From a virus: a stretch of 64,000 bases of DNA. A program made the translations under genes and the position numbers. Where the stretch lies: the UHGV virus genome UHGV-0179803, one strand, 5' to 3'. Below are positions 41,985-51,507 of this stretch, piece by piece; position 1 is the first letter of the stretch, and every line of letters begins with the position of its first letter. The notes beneath the pieces are model-generated. The model did not search any database. It was not told the DNA's origin and was given only the letters and a program-made list of their open reading frames with translations.

Positions 41985-42178
41985 TGGATGTTAAAATTCT
42001 GAGCTTCAACTTAAGTGTCAGTTATGAGTGTGCTGAACAACAGTTGGCTAGTTACCTAAGACTTGGCTACAAGATCAAAGGTCAATCTCATAACGACAAA
42101 TACCTTATTTATACTTTAGTTGAAGATTCTCCAACACTCGAAGATAAAGAACGAAAACAATGTATGGGAGGCTTCTGA
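41981..42178 (+). CDS. Hypothetical small protein (65 aa)
   Basis: Overlapping stop/start. Confidence 0.4.
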   Translation: MMDVKILSFNLSVSYECAEQQLASYLRLGYKIKGQSHNDKYLIYTLVEDSPTLEDKERKQCMGGF

Positions 42179-42459
42179 TGGCTGCTGATGTAAAAATTAT
42201 CGGGGTCCCGTGTATCGATAGTTGCCTTAATTCTCTGGAAGAGGATTTAAGCAAATATGTTGACGAAGGTTATGCTATCACAGGCCAATGCATAACACCT
42301 CAGGGCAATATCATCTATACACTGGTTAAAAACGTAGACGAAGCTAAGGTTGTTCCTACGCCAACACCAGTGCTTGAAGAGATCGATATTGATTTTGTTC
42401 TGGAAACACTGGAAGCAGACTGGATCAAAAACAAAAGTAGGAGGGTAGCTAAAAAATGA
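42178..42459 (+). CDS. Hypothetical small protein, paralogous to the preceding gene
   Basis: ATG after GGGAGG. Both proteins share the pattern ..KI(L/I)..(V/N)(S/D)..L...L..Y(L/V)..GY.I.GQ....(K/N)..IYTLV... Confidence 0.4.
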   Translation: MAADVKIIGVPCIDSCLNSLEEDLSKYVDEGYAITGQCITPQGNIIYTLVKNVDEAKVVPTPTPVLEEIDIDFVLETLEADWIKNKSRRVAKK

Positions 42460-42929
42460 TTTACGAAAGTGACTATATCTGGAAGATTGGCCCTGCTGCA
42501 CAAGATCTGATTGAAGTGCCACGGGAAACGCTACAAAAAGCTGCTTTTAAGTTCCGTGATCTTGCAGTGATTGGTAACAGGATCCTGAAATATCTTAAAA
42601 ACAAACGTTATGTTGAAGAGAAGTTCTTCGGATTGATCAAAAAAGAAACTACAGTATGGGAACACTACTTGAAAGAGTCTCAGAGCTTCTATGCTGGGCT
42701 GGGCGTAGCTCAGATGGTGATGCATGACGGTTACATCAACCCAACTGAAATGCGTTGCCTACGCTACGCTATAAGCGATTACCCTGGGTTCCTGAAGTAT
42801 CATTTAACTGGCACAGCCTCTGAAAAGATTTATCTGACAGAGGAACATTTCGAACAACTGAATAAAATTTTAAACATAGACTTGACATTAGTCTCAACAG
42901 AGTATACAATTGGGATTCGTGTCGAGTAA
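42456..42929 (+). CDS. Hypothetical protein (157 aa)
   Basis: ORF in operon. Confidence 0.5.
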   Translation: MIYESDYIWKIGPAAQDLIEVPRETLQKAAFKFRDLAVIGNRILKYLKNKRYVEEKFFGLIKKETTVWEHYLKESQSFYAGLGVAQMVMHDGYINPTEMRCLRYAISDYPGFLKYHLTGTASEKIYLTEEHFEQLNKILNIDLTLVSTEYTIGIRVE

Positions 42930-42934
42930 TAACA

Positions 42935-42965
42935 GCCCTGCCCGAAAGGGCGGGGTTTTTGTGTT
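42935..42965 (+). terminator. Rho-independent terminator (CCCTGCCC-GAAA-GGGCGGGG + T-tract)
   Basis: GNRA-loop hairpin followed by TTTTTGTGTTT. Confidence 0.65.
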
Positions 42966-42981
42966 TGGAGGGCTAAATAGT

Positions 42982-43716
42982 ATGAAGCAAGGTGTAGTGT
43001 GGGCTTTATTCAATGGCTCCGATATTGCTGTCAAACCCTGGGCTGATGCAGGGTATTTGTGCTTCTGCTTCAATGCAGAAGGGGCAGATCACGGGAGCTA
43101 TGCAGAGGTAGTAGAAGAACATCCCAACATTAAGTACATAGATTACTGGATTGACCCGTGGTTCCCACAAGAAACCTTGGGGATGTATCCTGCACCAGAT
43201 TTCATCCTGTCGTTTCCACCATGTACCCACTTAGCGGTATCTGGAGCAGCACATTTCAAGAAAAAATTACAAAAAGATCCGTTGATTCAGGTCAATGCTG
43301 TAAAAGATGCACGTATTGCAGAAACATTGGGTAACATGTATAATTGTCCGTGGCATGTGGAGAACCCTGTTGGGGTTATGTCTAATATGTGGCGTAAACC
43401 AGACTACAAGTTCCATCCGTCTGAGTATGGTGGCTATCTGCCGGAAGATGACCAGAACCCGTGGTTCCCTGACCTGATTAAGCCCAGAGATGCTTATCCG
43501 AAGCTAACCTGTGGATGGTTTGGGAATGGTTTTGTTGTCCCTGAGAAACGACCTGTGCCGCAGATTTGTGATGTAAATGGGTATTCTTTCCAACATACCA
43601 AACTGGGAGGAAAATCTCCTCGTACCAAAATGATCAGAAGCCTGACACCTCGTGGTTGGGCATTAGCCGTGTTTGAAGCCAACGAACCCGTTGTAAGGAG
43701 CAAACTCAATGGTTGA
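42982..43716 (+). CDS. Possible DNA (cytosine-5) methyltransferase-like protein; assignment tentative
   Basis: Ordered motif-like segments: LFNGSD (cf. motif I FxGxG), SFPPCTHLAVSG (cf. motif IV PC), WHVENPVG (cf. motif VI ENV). Short for a C5-MTase (244 aa). Confidence 0.3.
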   Translation: MKQGVVWALFNGSDIAVKPWADAGYLCFCFNAEGADHGSYAEVVEEHPNIKYIDYWIDPWFPQETLGMYPAPDFILSFPPCTHLAVSGAAHFKKKLQKDPLIQVNAVKDARIAETLGNMYNCPWHVENPVGVMSNMWRKPDYKFHPSEYGGYLPEDDQNPWFPDLIKPRDAYPKLTCGWFGNGFVVPEKRPVPQICDVNGYSFQHTKLGGKSPRTKMIRSLTPRGWALAVFEANEPVVRSKLNG

Positions 43717-44380
43717 CTGGAGCAAATATTTCACCTACAGTGACGGTAAACTGTTCTGGGCGTATACCGCAAAAGCCGGAAGAGGCAGGGTTATACATCA
43801 CGCAGGCGAGGAGGCCACAGGTACAGACACAGATGGCTATAGGGTGATAAGTGTGTCAGGTGTTGGACGTGTTAGTAGGCATAGAATAATTTGGGAGATG
43901 CATTACGGGGAGATACCTGAAGGCCTTGTTGTGCGGCACAAGAACGACATAGCAGGCGATGATAGGATAGAGAACTTAGTCCTAGGAACACAGGGAGATA
44001 ATGTACGAGACATGATCTACAGTGACAAATTGAACATTAACAATACCTCAGGGTGTCGAGGTGTATGCTACCATAGGGGTGTAAAAAGATGGATTGCATC
44101 TGCTGGAGACATATATTTAGGATGTTTTAAGACAAAAGAGGATGCAATTACATGCAGAAAGTTATGGGAGGAGGGAAAATTCGTCCCGCAAGAATTAGAT
44201 GTTAGAAATACCAGCGGTGTAACAGGGGTGTTCTATGTGCCAAGCTCTGGAAGGTGGAGAGTTAGAGTACAAAGTGGCAAAAAGAGAAAGAGCTATGGTA
44301 GTTACAACACTTTAGAAGAAGCAAGAGCTGTAAGGGACAGAGTGATGAAAGAGATTGAGGAGTCTAAAGATGGGGAATAA
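43709..44380 (+). CDS. Freestanding HNH homing endonuclease with AP2 DNA-binding repeats
   Basis: HNH_3-like core ..RHRIIWEMHYGEIPEGLVVRHKNDIAGDDRIENLVLGTQGDN.. plus AP2-like repeats ..SGCRGVCYHRGVKRWIASAGDIYLGCFKTKEDA.. and ..SGVTGVFYVPSSGRWRVRV..YGSYNTLEEA.. Confidence 0.7.
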   Translation: MVDWSKYFTYSDGKLFWAYTAKAGRGRVIHHAGEEATGTDTDGYRVISVSGVGRVSRHRIIWEMHYGEIPEGLVVRHKNDIAGDDRIENLVLGTQGDNVRDMIYSDKLNINNTSGCRGVCYHRGVKRWIASAGDIYLGCFKTKEDAITCRKLWEEGKFVPQELDVRNTSGVTGVFYVPSSGRWRVRVQSGKKRKSYGSYNTLEEARAVRDRVMKEIEESKDGE

Positions 44381-47300
44381 GTTTATACCCTCTGCGTATA
44401 GTCGTTATGGGGAACCGAACCCAGTTGCAACAAGATACAAAAGCGGAGGCAGTATGGCACGAGACTATCGTGATGAAAAAGAGGTTGAAACTGTAGAGAC
44501 TGTTTTAGAAAATACTAAAATTGTCCCTGTTCCACAACAAAATATCGGACTGACGGCTGCACAATATTTCGGTGTGCGATCAGCATTGTCCCAAGAAGAT
44601 GGTGTGACAGTCGTTGCAACATATTTCCCATATTACAACCGCTACGGCAATCTATCTGGCTTTAAAAAGCGTGATTGGTCTAAGCCAAAAGAGCAGAAAG
44701 GGCACTGGTCTGTAGTAGGCATTGTTAAGGCCAACAGCCAGTTCTTCGGTCAGAAAATGGTTGGTGAAGGCTCAGACCATCGTAAAATCATTGTCTGCGA
44801 AGGTGAAGGCGATGTTATTGCTGCGTGGCAGACTGAATGGATGATGGTCAGGAAAATAGCTACAGACCCGTCATCAAATAAGAAAGCTAAAGCGTGGGCA
44901 CAAAGCGTTCTTGACGGTATTAAAGCCGTGCAGGATGGTGGTTCTGCTAAAGGTTTTCCCACAATTAACGTGGTAGGGCTTAATTGTGGTTGTGCGAATG
45001 CCGTAGACGCTTTTGCCAACAACGAGAAGTTTATTCGTGGCTTTGATGAGATTGTCCTGGCCTTCGATAATGACGCTGCAAATGATGTTGAGAAGCTAAA
45101 ACATGTCACCAAAGGTGTTGAAGCCACTCACAATGTTGCAGCTTTCCTGATGGCTGACAACGTTTTCCATGTGCAGTATCCGAGCGAGGTAAATGATCCA
45201 GAGGGTTACAAAGATATCCGTGATTTGTTCCAGGCTAAAAAGTATGATCAAATTCACGATATGTTCAAAAACCCGATCAAATACGTGCCAGACGCTGTAG
45301 CAGGCCTGAATGATTTCTCAATTGAAGATTTACGTAAAAAATCCACCAATGGTGTTGACATTGGGGCAGAGTTCCCTAAACTCCAGAAAATGTTGAAAGG
45401 TTTGCATAAAGGCACACTGGTCATGTTGACTGGCCCTTCCGGCGGTGGTAAGACTACGGTAGCTAAGAAGATTGAGCACCAGATAGCTAAATACCTGATG
45501 GATCCTACGGTGGCTAAAGCTGATGACTACGACCCCGAAGACAGGTTGTGTATGATTCACCTGGAAGAGGACCCAGAAGAAGCCATCAACTCGCTGTATG
45601 CTAACCAGCTGGGGTATGATATCAAGAATTTCATGGAGGACCCAAGCAAGTATCTGACCGAGCAGGAACACTTTGAAATCCACAAAGCCTGGGTTGATGC
45701 TGATAAAATCAGAGTATTCCGGCACTTCGGTTCAATACCTGTAAACGACCTGATCACCAAGCTGAAACAGATGGTGTGCTTGTATCATTGTCGTTACATC
45801 GTACTGGATCATCTGTCAATGGTTATTTCTGGTTTGAATGTAAAAGATGAGCGTAAAGAGCTGGACCTTGCAATGACGCAGCTTGCAGCATTCTGTAAGC
45901 AATTCAATGTGTTCATTTTGGTGATTGCACACTTACGTCGTACAGAGATTATCCCACCGAAGGATAAAGAAGGTAGGGCTTTACCGTTCTGGTATCCTGT
46001 CCGTAAAGAAAACCTTCGTGGTTGTGTTTCTGCGGACACAGAGTTTTTAACCCCGCAGGGGTGGAAACGCATAGATAACTATGCAGAAGGGGATTTGGTT
46101 GCGCAGCACGATGAAAATGGCGTAATGACTTTCGTAACCCCGAAAGCCTACATCAATCTTCCTTGCGAAGAAATGTGGCATGTTTCCAACACTCACGTTG
46201 TAGACATGTTGTTGAGCGATGAACATCGTGTTGTATATGTGAATGACAGAACGCCAGATGTTTTCCGTACGAAAACCATGTTGGAAGTTGTCTATGACCA
46301 CAACAACAAGCCTTCAGGTATGCGTGGGAAAATACCTGCTACGTTCCTCACAGGGTGCAATGGGACGCTGGGGTTGACTGATGACCAATTACGCCTACAG
46401 GTTGCTGTAAATGCTGATGGGACAGTTCTTACTGAGTCAACAGGAAGAGTGGCTGTGAGAATCAAAAAAGATCGGAAAAAACAACGTCTCGAGATGCTGC
46501 TGGAGAAAACAAACACCACTTATAGGCGTCTTGATTTGCACGGGGTGCACGAAGGACGCACAGAGTACCAATTTAAAGCACCGTGTGGGTATAAAGGTGT
46601 GACTGGGGAATGGTTTAATCTCAAACAACACGAGTTGGAGATTATCTGTGATGAGGTTATGTATTGGGACGGAGATTCTGTGAACAAAAACAGGGTGTCC
46701 ACCATTAACAAACTTGAAGCGGACTTCTTACAGTTTGCCTACAGCGCCTGTGGACATAGAACATCTTTATCCATGAAGGAGAACAACAGTGGCTTTGGCG
46801 GTAGTTACAACTGTAAACCTTTGTACGAGGTAAATGTTTGCAATACTAAGTACATGCATATACGCAAAGGTAGTAATAACAAACCCTCTATTGAACGTGT
46901 ACCTTCCCCAGATGGACGTAAGTATTGCTTTACGTTACCGTCGGGTATGTGGGTGGCGCGCCGCAATGGGCATATTTTTATCACAGGAAATTCGGGGAGT
47001 ATGGAACAACTCAGTTGGGTTGTCATAGGGGTAGAAGCAGAAGAGATGCCTGACAGGTCCCGTGGGCGTGTCCGTTTAGTTAGCCTAAAAAACAGGCCAG
47101 CTAAAACCTTGGGTATCGCTGATGTGCTGATTATGAACCCTGAGACTGGTAAATTCTCCGATGCCAGTGACTGGGTGTGGGATAAAGAGACAGGTTTCTT
47201 CCTGAACAAAGATGGGGATATTGTCTGGAGGCCACAAGATATGTTCGACAATGAAGAACATGTTGTTGTGGAAACTCCTGAAGGTAAGGTTACCGCCGAT

Positions 47301-47411
47301 GTGAAACCTCAACCAAAATCTGTTGACGCAGAAGGGGAAGAAGATGATGGAGTGGATGATCAGAGTGTAATCCAACAGGAGTTCCCTGAGGATGAAGATT
47401 GTCCGTTCTGA
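44370..47411 (+). CDS. Bifunctional DNA primase (TOPRIM) / DnaB-family replicative helicase, intein-containing precursor
   Basis: ATG 44370 eight nt after GAGGAG. TOPRIM motifs IIVCEGEGD and LAFDNDAAND. Helicase Walker A LTGPSGGGKTT and Walker B YIVLDHLSM. Motif H4 is interrupted: ..ENLRG[intein]SGSMEQLSWVV.., cf. DnaB ..LRESGSIEQDADL.. Confidence 0.8.
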   Translation: MGNKFIPSAYSRYGEPNPVATRYKSGGSMARDYRDEKEVETVETVLENTKIVPVPQQNIGLTAAQYFGVRSALSQEDGVTVVATYFPYYNRYGNLSGFKKRDWSKPKEQKGHWSVVGIVKANSQFFGQKMVGEGSDHRKIIVCEGEGDVIAAWQTEWMMVRKIATDPSSNKKAKAWAQSVLDGIKAVQDGGSAKGFPTINVVGLNCGCANAVDAFANNEKFIRGFDEIVLAFDNDAANDVEKLKHVTKGVEATHNVAAFLMADNVFHVQYPSEVNDPEGYKDIRDLFQAKKYDQIHDMFKNPIKYVPDAVAGLNDFSIEDLRKKSTNGVDIGAEFPKLQKMLKGLHKGTLVMLTGPSGGGKTTVAKKIEHQIAKYLMDPTVAKADDYDPEDRLCMIHLEEDPEEAINSLYANQLGYDIKNFMEDPSKYLTEQEHFEIHKAWVDADKIRVFRHFGSIPVNDLITKLKQMVCLYHCRYIVLDHLSMVISGLNVKDERKELDLAMTQLAAFCKQFNVFILVIAHLRRTEIIPPKDKEGRALPFWYPVRKENLRGCVSADTEFLTPQGWKRIDNYAEGDLVAQHDENGVMTFVTPKAYINLPCEEMWHVSNTHVVDMLLSDEHRVVYVNDRTPDVFRTKTMLEVVYDHNNKPSGMRGKIPATFLTGCNGTLGLTDDQLRLQVAVNADGTVLTESTGRVAVRIKKDRKKQRLEMLLEKTNTTYRRLDLHGVHEGRTEYQFKAPCGYKGVTGEWFNLKQHELEIICDEVMYWDGDSVNKNRVSTINKLEADFLQFAYSACGHRTSLSMKENNSGFGGSYNCKPLYEVNVCNTKYMHIRKGSNNKPSIERVPSPDGRKYCFTLPSGMWVARRNGHIFITGNSGSMEQLSWVVIGVEAEEMPDRSRGRVRLVSLKNRPAKTLGIADVLIMNPETGKFSDASDWVWDKETGFFLNKDGDIVWRPQDMFDNEEHVVVETPEGKVTADVKPQPKSVDAEGEEDDGVDDQSVIQQEFPEDEDCPF
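46023..46991 (+). mobile_element. Intein (323 aa) inserted in helicase motif H4 of the primase-helicase
   Basis: In frame. Starts with Cys (CVSADTEF..), ends ..VARRNGHIFITGN followed by Ser. Removing it restores LRG-SGSMEQ, which matches the DnaB consensus. Size suggests an embedded endonuclease domain. Confidence 0.6.
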
Positions 47412-47475
47412 TGCTTAACTGAGAGTGGGGAGAGCAGTACAGCCAACTCCCCCTTACATGTAAGGTATTAATAAT

Positions 47476-50262
47476 ATGGCGCTTTTTTGTTATGACTTTG
47501 AGGCCTCAGGCTTGCTCGATGAGCCTGAACTGTACTACCATTGTGGACTGTTTAAACAGCACCACAAAAACAATTTCATGCTATTCCTGCCGCTAAACGA
47601 CAGGACCCATTACACAGAGGAAGATGTAGAAACAGCAAAACAATTTGCTCTCAATAAGCAGACAATTTACAAAAACTGTCAGGTGCGGGTTGCCGACTTC
47701 GGGTATCTGGAAGAGTGGTTGACAGGACATTCTGATTGGTCACCAACAGCTCTTGCCTGCCACAACTGCTTTGATTATGACCAGATTTTGATGGAAAAAC
47801 TGTCAGGCATTCATTTCGACCTGTTCGAAGATAAAGATTGCATGGGAACCATCAACGGTCACAGGGTTAACCTGTTCGATACTCTGCCGATGAGTCGTAT
47901 ACTGTGGCCTGATCGCCCGTTACCGAAGGGTTGCCCAGAATCAGTATTCAACCCGGTAACGAAGAAAAGTCAAGCTGTAGGTCCACACGGGTTGATGGCC
48001 TGGGGCTATGCACTTGGCAACCAGAAAGTTAAGATTGATGACTGGCGCAATCTTCCACTCTGGAAATACGTAGACCGTGTGTGGGAAGACGTTATCATCC
48101 AGGAATTGCTCTGGGACGAACTGATCGCCGAGTCCAAAGGGACATTCTACGGTAAATCTGACATGCAAAACTTTATGTATGATCCAGACAAAGAGAAACC
48201 TGGTGGATTCAAACAGATCACTTGGAAGTATGCTCTGCGTCGTGGGATGCTTCAGCACTTCCTGATGGGCTTACAGGCAAGACAAGGTGTTTATTTTGAT
48301 ATTGATGGGGCGATAGCTTTACGTCAGAAGTGTGACGACATGATGAAAGAGATCGCTGATCGTGTGGAACCGCAGCTGCCACTGAAAGAAATTTCAGAGG
48401 CCCAGAAGCCTAAGTTCCCACAGAAACCGTTTAATACGGATGGTAGTATCTCTTCTCACGGCTACAGCTGGTTGAAGAACAAACTGGGGTATCCAGTTAA
48501 TGAAGCAGCTTTCGACTTCAAACCTGCACCTAAACGGGCTTTCAACAAAGATGGTAGTGTTAGTGCCACAGGTGCTAAATGGTGTGTAGAAAGAGGTTGC
48601 ACCGATCCTGAAAAACAGGCAGACTTCCTGAGGGCAGCACGGTCAGAGGAAGCACCTAAACCTCTGCCGGATGACCTGATGCAACAGGCAATTAAGGATT
48701 TGCAGGATAAGAAAATGCCTGATTGCATGGTGCCTATGAGAATGAATAACCAGATGGATATCAAGCGTTATCTAATCTCTGTAGGCTGGCAACCAACAAT
48801 GTGGAGAACGAAAGATTTAACCCGTGATTACCACAAAAAACAGTTGCCGGATGCTGAAGTTGATGCTAAAGTAAGGGAGTATATGGATGAACTGGAAACA
48901 TCTGAGTATCGTGCCCTGATCATCCGTGAACTGAACAAGGATGCACGATTCAAAATTTCAGAAGCGAAGTTTCTGAGTCGTAAGAACTCCCCGAGGGTTG
49001 AGCAGGAGGTGTTCGCTAAGTTCCGGCGTAAAGCCAGAGGACTACCAACATCCCCGCAGCTGAAAGATAGCTTCGGGCATTTGTGTCCTAACCTGGCAAG
49101 ACTGCAAGGAGAGATGGCAAAAGATATTGTGTTCTGGCTGTCATTGCGTAACCGTAGGTCAGTACTTGACCCAATCAAGGAAGATAAAGTTGATACCGGA
49201 TTGTTGAATCATCCGAGATTGCAGATCGATCACCGCTTACCCGCAGAAAGCTCTGGTTTGACTGCTACCGGACGACAGAAGCATAAAATATGTGCCAACC
49301 AGCCTAAACCTTCACCAAAAGTTGTATTGGGTAAGGAGATGCGTAGCCTCTGGAAACCTGCTCCTGGTAAGTATCAGTTGGGGGTGGATGGTTCCAACCT
49401 TGAACAGCTGATAGGTGCATGGGGTGCTTACGATTTCGACAACGGGGCGTATTACAGGATTATAAGCGAAGGGGACGCACATGCTTTGAACGCCAAAGCC
49501 TACTCTAAAGTTGTGGGCAGGGAAGTTTCCCGTGGTGATGGTAAACCAATCACCTATGGTGTGATGTATGGCGCTCAAAAGGATAAAGTAGCGGATATGC
49601 TCGACGTTGTGCCGGAGGTTGGTCAGCAGGTAATTGATGCATTCTGGGATACCAACTTCGGCCTGAAAGGTCGTAAAGAGGCACTTGAGAAATTCTGGGA
49701 GGCAACAGGTAAGAAATTTATCTATGCTTTCGATGGTCATGCCATCTGGACACGCTCTAAACACTCCTTGCTGAATGCATATCAGCAGAATGGTGGCGCT
49801 TCATTGTGTGACTTGGTAGGCTTACTGGTTCATCGCAACCTAGTGACCTTGAAAATAGATAATAAAACTTGGTATGACCTAGGTGTCAGAAGAATAATTT
49901 ATTACCATGACGAATTTCAGTATGAAATTCCAGATAATGGCTTATTTAAAACAGTTTATGAGTTTGATACTCTGGAAGAACTGGAAAAATTCAAAGCAGA
50001 GGAGGAAGCAAAAGGTCGTATCTTTACTGGCAACAAATACAAAAAAGCCCGTAAAGATGAAAATGGTGAAGAAGTAGTTGACAGCAACGGTAAAACCGTG
50101 TATGATCCAATCATAAACGAAAACGGCAAATGCCAGTTGATTCATTGCAAGGTTGGTGAAATGGTTGTTAAATGCTTCCACCAGGCATCTCGCATCATGA
50201 AAGTACCTTTCCAGATCACAGGTGAAGGTCTTGTGGGATACTCGTGGGGCGAATGCCACTGA
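47476..50262 (+). CDS. Family A DNA polymerase with N-terminal 3'-5' exonuclease domain
   Basis: Exo I motif CYDFEASGL. Pol A motif A LGVDGSNLEQ, motif B ..RGDGKPITYGVMYGAQ.., motif C ..IYYHDEFQYE.. Confidence 0.85.
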   Translation: MALFCYDFEASGLLDEPELYYHCGLFKQHHKNNFMLFLPLNDRTHYTEEDVETAKQFALNKQTIYKNCQVRVADFGYLEEWLTGHSDWSPTALACHNCFDYDQILMEKLSGIHFDLFEDKDCMGTINGHRVNLFDTLPMSRILWPDRPLPKGCPESVFNPVTKKSQAVGPHGLMAWGYALGNQKVKIDDWRNLPLWKYVDRVWEDVIIQELLWDELIAESKGTFYGKSDMQNFMYDPDKEKPGGFKQITWKYALRRGMLQHFLMGLQARQGVYFDIDGAIALRQKCDDMMKEIADRVEPQLPLKEISEAQKPKFPQKPFNTDGSISSHGYSWLKNKLGYPVNEAAFDFKPAPKRAFNKDGSVSATGAKWCVERGCTDPEKQADFLRAARSEEAPKPLPDDLMQQAIKDLQDKKMPDCMVPMRMNNQMDIKRYLISVGWQPTMWRTKDLTRDYHKKQLPDAEVDAKVREYMDELETSEYRALIIRELNKDARFKISEAKFLSRKNSPRVEQEVFAKFRRKARGLPTSPQLKDSFGHLCPNLARLQGEMAKDIVFWLSLRNRRSVLDPIKEDKVDTGLLNHPRLQIDHRLPAESSGLTATGRQKHKICANQPKPSPKVVLGKEMRSLWKPAPGKYQLGVDGSNLEQLIGAWGAYDFDNGAYYRIISEGDAHALNAKAYSKVVGREVSRGDGKPITYGVMYGAQKDKVADMLDVVPEVGQQVIDAFWDTNFGLKGRKEALEKFWEATGKKFIYAFDGHAIWTRSKHSLLNAYQQNGGASLCDLVGLLVHRNLVTLKIDNKTWYDLGVRRIIYYHDEFQYEIPDNGLFKTVYEFDTLEELEKFKAEEEAKGRIFTGNKYKKARKDENGEEVVDSNGKTVYDPIINENGKCQLIHCKVGEMVVKCFHQASRIMKVPFQITGEGLVGYSWGECH

Positions 50263-50328
50263 TAAATCAATAACTTACGTAACATACTGGAGGGGAATAC
50301 TTCCCCTCCCCAATCAGGAGAGTTAGCC

Positions 50329-50580
50329 ATGACAGAACGTGAAGTAATCCCAGTAGTATGTGTTTACGCAGCAGGTGAAGATGACGGTTATCCACACCTG
50401 GAAGGTTTATTTGTTGAAGGCCATGAGTACGTACTCGTCCGGTCAGAGGAAGAAGACGAAGAAGGGATCTACCTGGTTAAAGACGAAAGAGTACCGTTTG
50501 AATGGTCAGCAATAGAACAGGAAGATGGTGTGTGGACTGTCGAAGGTCTGGAGCTGATTGCAGAATTCGAAGAACTTTAA
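50329..50580 (+). CDS. Small highly acidic protein (83 aa)
   Basis: RBS AGGAG. About 30% Asp+Glu. Confidence 0.5.
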   Translation: MTEREVIPVVCVYAAGEDDGYPHLEGLFVEGHEYVLVRSEEEDEEGIYLVKDERVPFEWSAIEQEDGVWTVEGLELIAEFEEL

Positions 50581-50591
50581 GGGGCACCACA

Positions 50592-50813
50592 ATGGAAGAC
50601 TGTATCTTAGTAAAAGCTAAATTCGTCAATCCTAGAGCATTTTGGTTTACAGAAGGTGGTACTTACGTACTCCAGAAGTCTCCTCAAATAGCTGGCAATT
50701 TAATAGTCATTGACGACGATGGTGAATCATGGTTCACAACTCCACAGTTTGACGGTACGTGGGAAGTAGTGGGCACTTACACTCACGCTGTATTCGAGGA
50801 GATAGAGGAATGA
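50592..50813 (+). CDS. Hypothetical small protein (73 aa)
   Basis: ATG 50592 after AAGGGG. Confidence 0.45.
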   Translation: MEDCILVKAKFVNPRAFWFTEGGTYVLQKSPQIAGNLIVIDDDGESWFTTPQFDGTWEVVGTYTHAVFEEIEE

Positions 50814-51187
50814 AAGTTAAAGGCACAGAACACATAGAACGCGCTGTGGAGGTTGAACTGGATGCCCGTGAAGTGGGCGAACTCATCGACAACACAGCAG
50901 AAGAAGTGCTCCTGCATTCGATTCAGTGCCGTGCAATGCAACGTTTCTATGAACGGGTTGCAGGTTTTGAAGGCTCTTTTTGTGTGCGGCAGCGGCAGGG
51001 AGATAATGGTATACTTGTGTACCAACTGTGGAAAATTGATGCTGACTGGGACTACCACAATGATGTTGGCATCGATGAAAAAATAAAAGACTTGACAACA
51101 GAGGAGGTTGTGGAGTATATTTACCTCCGTGGTTGGGTAGAGAACGCAATATTCCAGTTAAGAATTCCAGTTGGAGAAGCCAAATGA
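50810..51187 (+). CDS. Hypothetical protein (125 aa)
   Basis: ATG overlaps the upstream stop (ATGA); RBS GAGGAGATAGAGG. Confidence 0.45.
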   Translation: MKVKGTEHIERAVEVELDAREVGELIDNTAEEVLLHSIQCRAMQRFYERVAGFEGSFCVRQRQGDNGILVYQLWKIDADWDYHNDVGIDEKIKDLTTEEVVEYIYLRGWVENAIFQLRIPVGEAK

Positions 51188-51441
51188 AAATTATTATCAA
51201 AGAAGACAAACTGATTTCTGATGAAACTTTCCGTGATTGCACTGCTGGTGCAGTCTATGAAGCGAAAATGTGTGAAAATCCGCTAATTGCACTCTGCGAA
51301 CAACTCGGTATCCACCTTGACGAAGAAGATATTCGTTACGCCGAAGAAGGTCTGCAATGTCTCCTCTTCCACGACGATAAAGGAGAGGCTGTGTATTGCA
51401 CTTTCAAAGACGTGGTTATTGTAAAACCTGAACATTATTGA
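51184..51441 (+). CDS. Hypothetical small protein (85 aa)
   Basis: ATG overlaps the upstream stop; RBS GGAG. Confidence 0.45.
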   Translation: MKIIIKEDKLISDETFRDCTAGAVYEAKMCENPLIALCEQLGIHLDEEDIRYAEEGLQCLLFHDDKGEAVYCTFKDVVIVKPEHY

Positions 51442-51450
51442 TATTAACTA

Positions 51451-51479
51451 TTGACAAGCGTGGCGGGGTTATGTATAAT
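51451..51479 (+). promoter_or_regulatory. Consensus sigma70 promoter (TTGACA, 17 bp spacer, TATAAT)
   Basis: Exact -35 TTGACA (51451-51456) and -10 TATAAT (51474-51479); RBS AAGAGGAG and ATG at 51508 downstream. Confidence 0.7.
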
Positions 51480-51507
51480 AGCCCCGTTAACAAAGAGGAG
51501 AGCCAGA

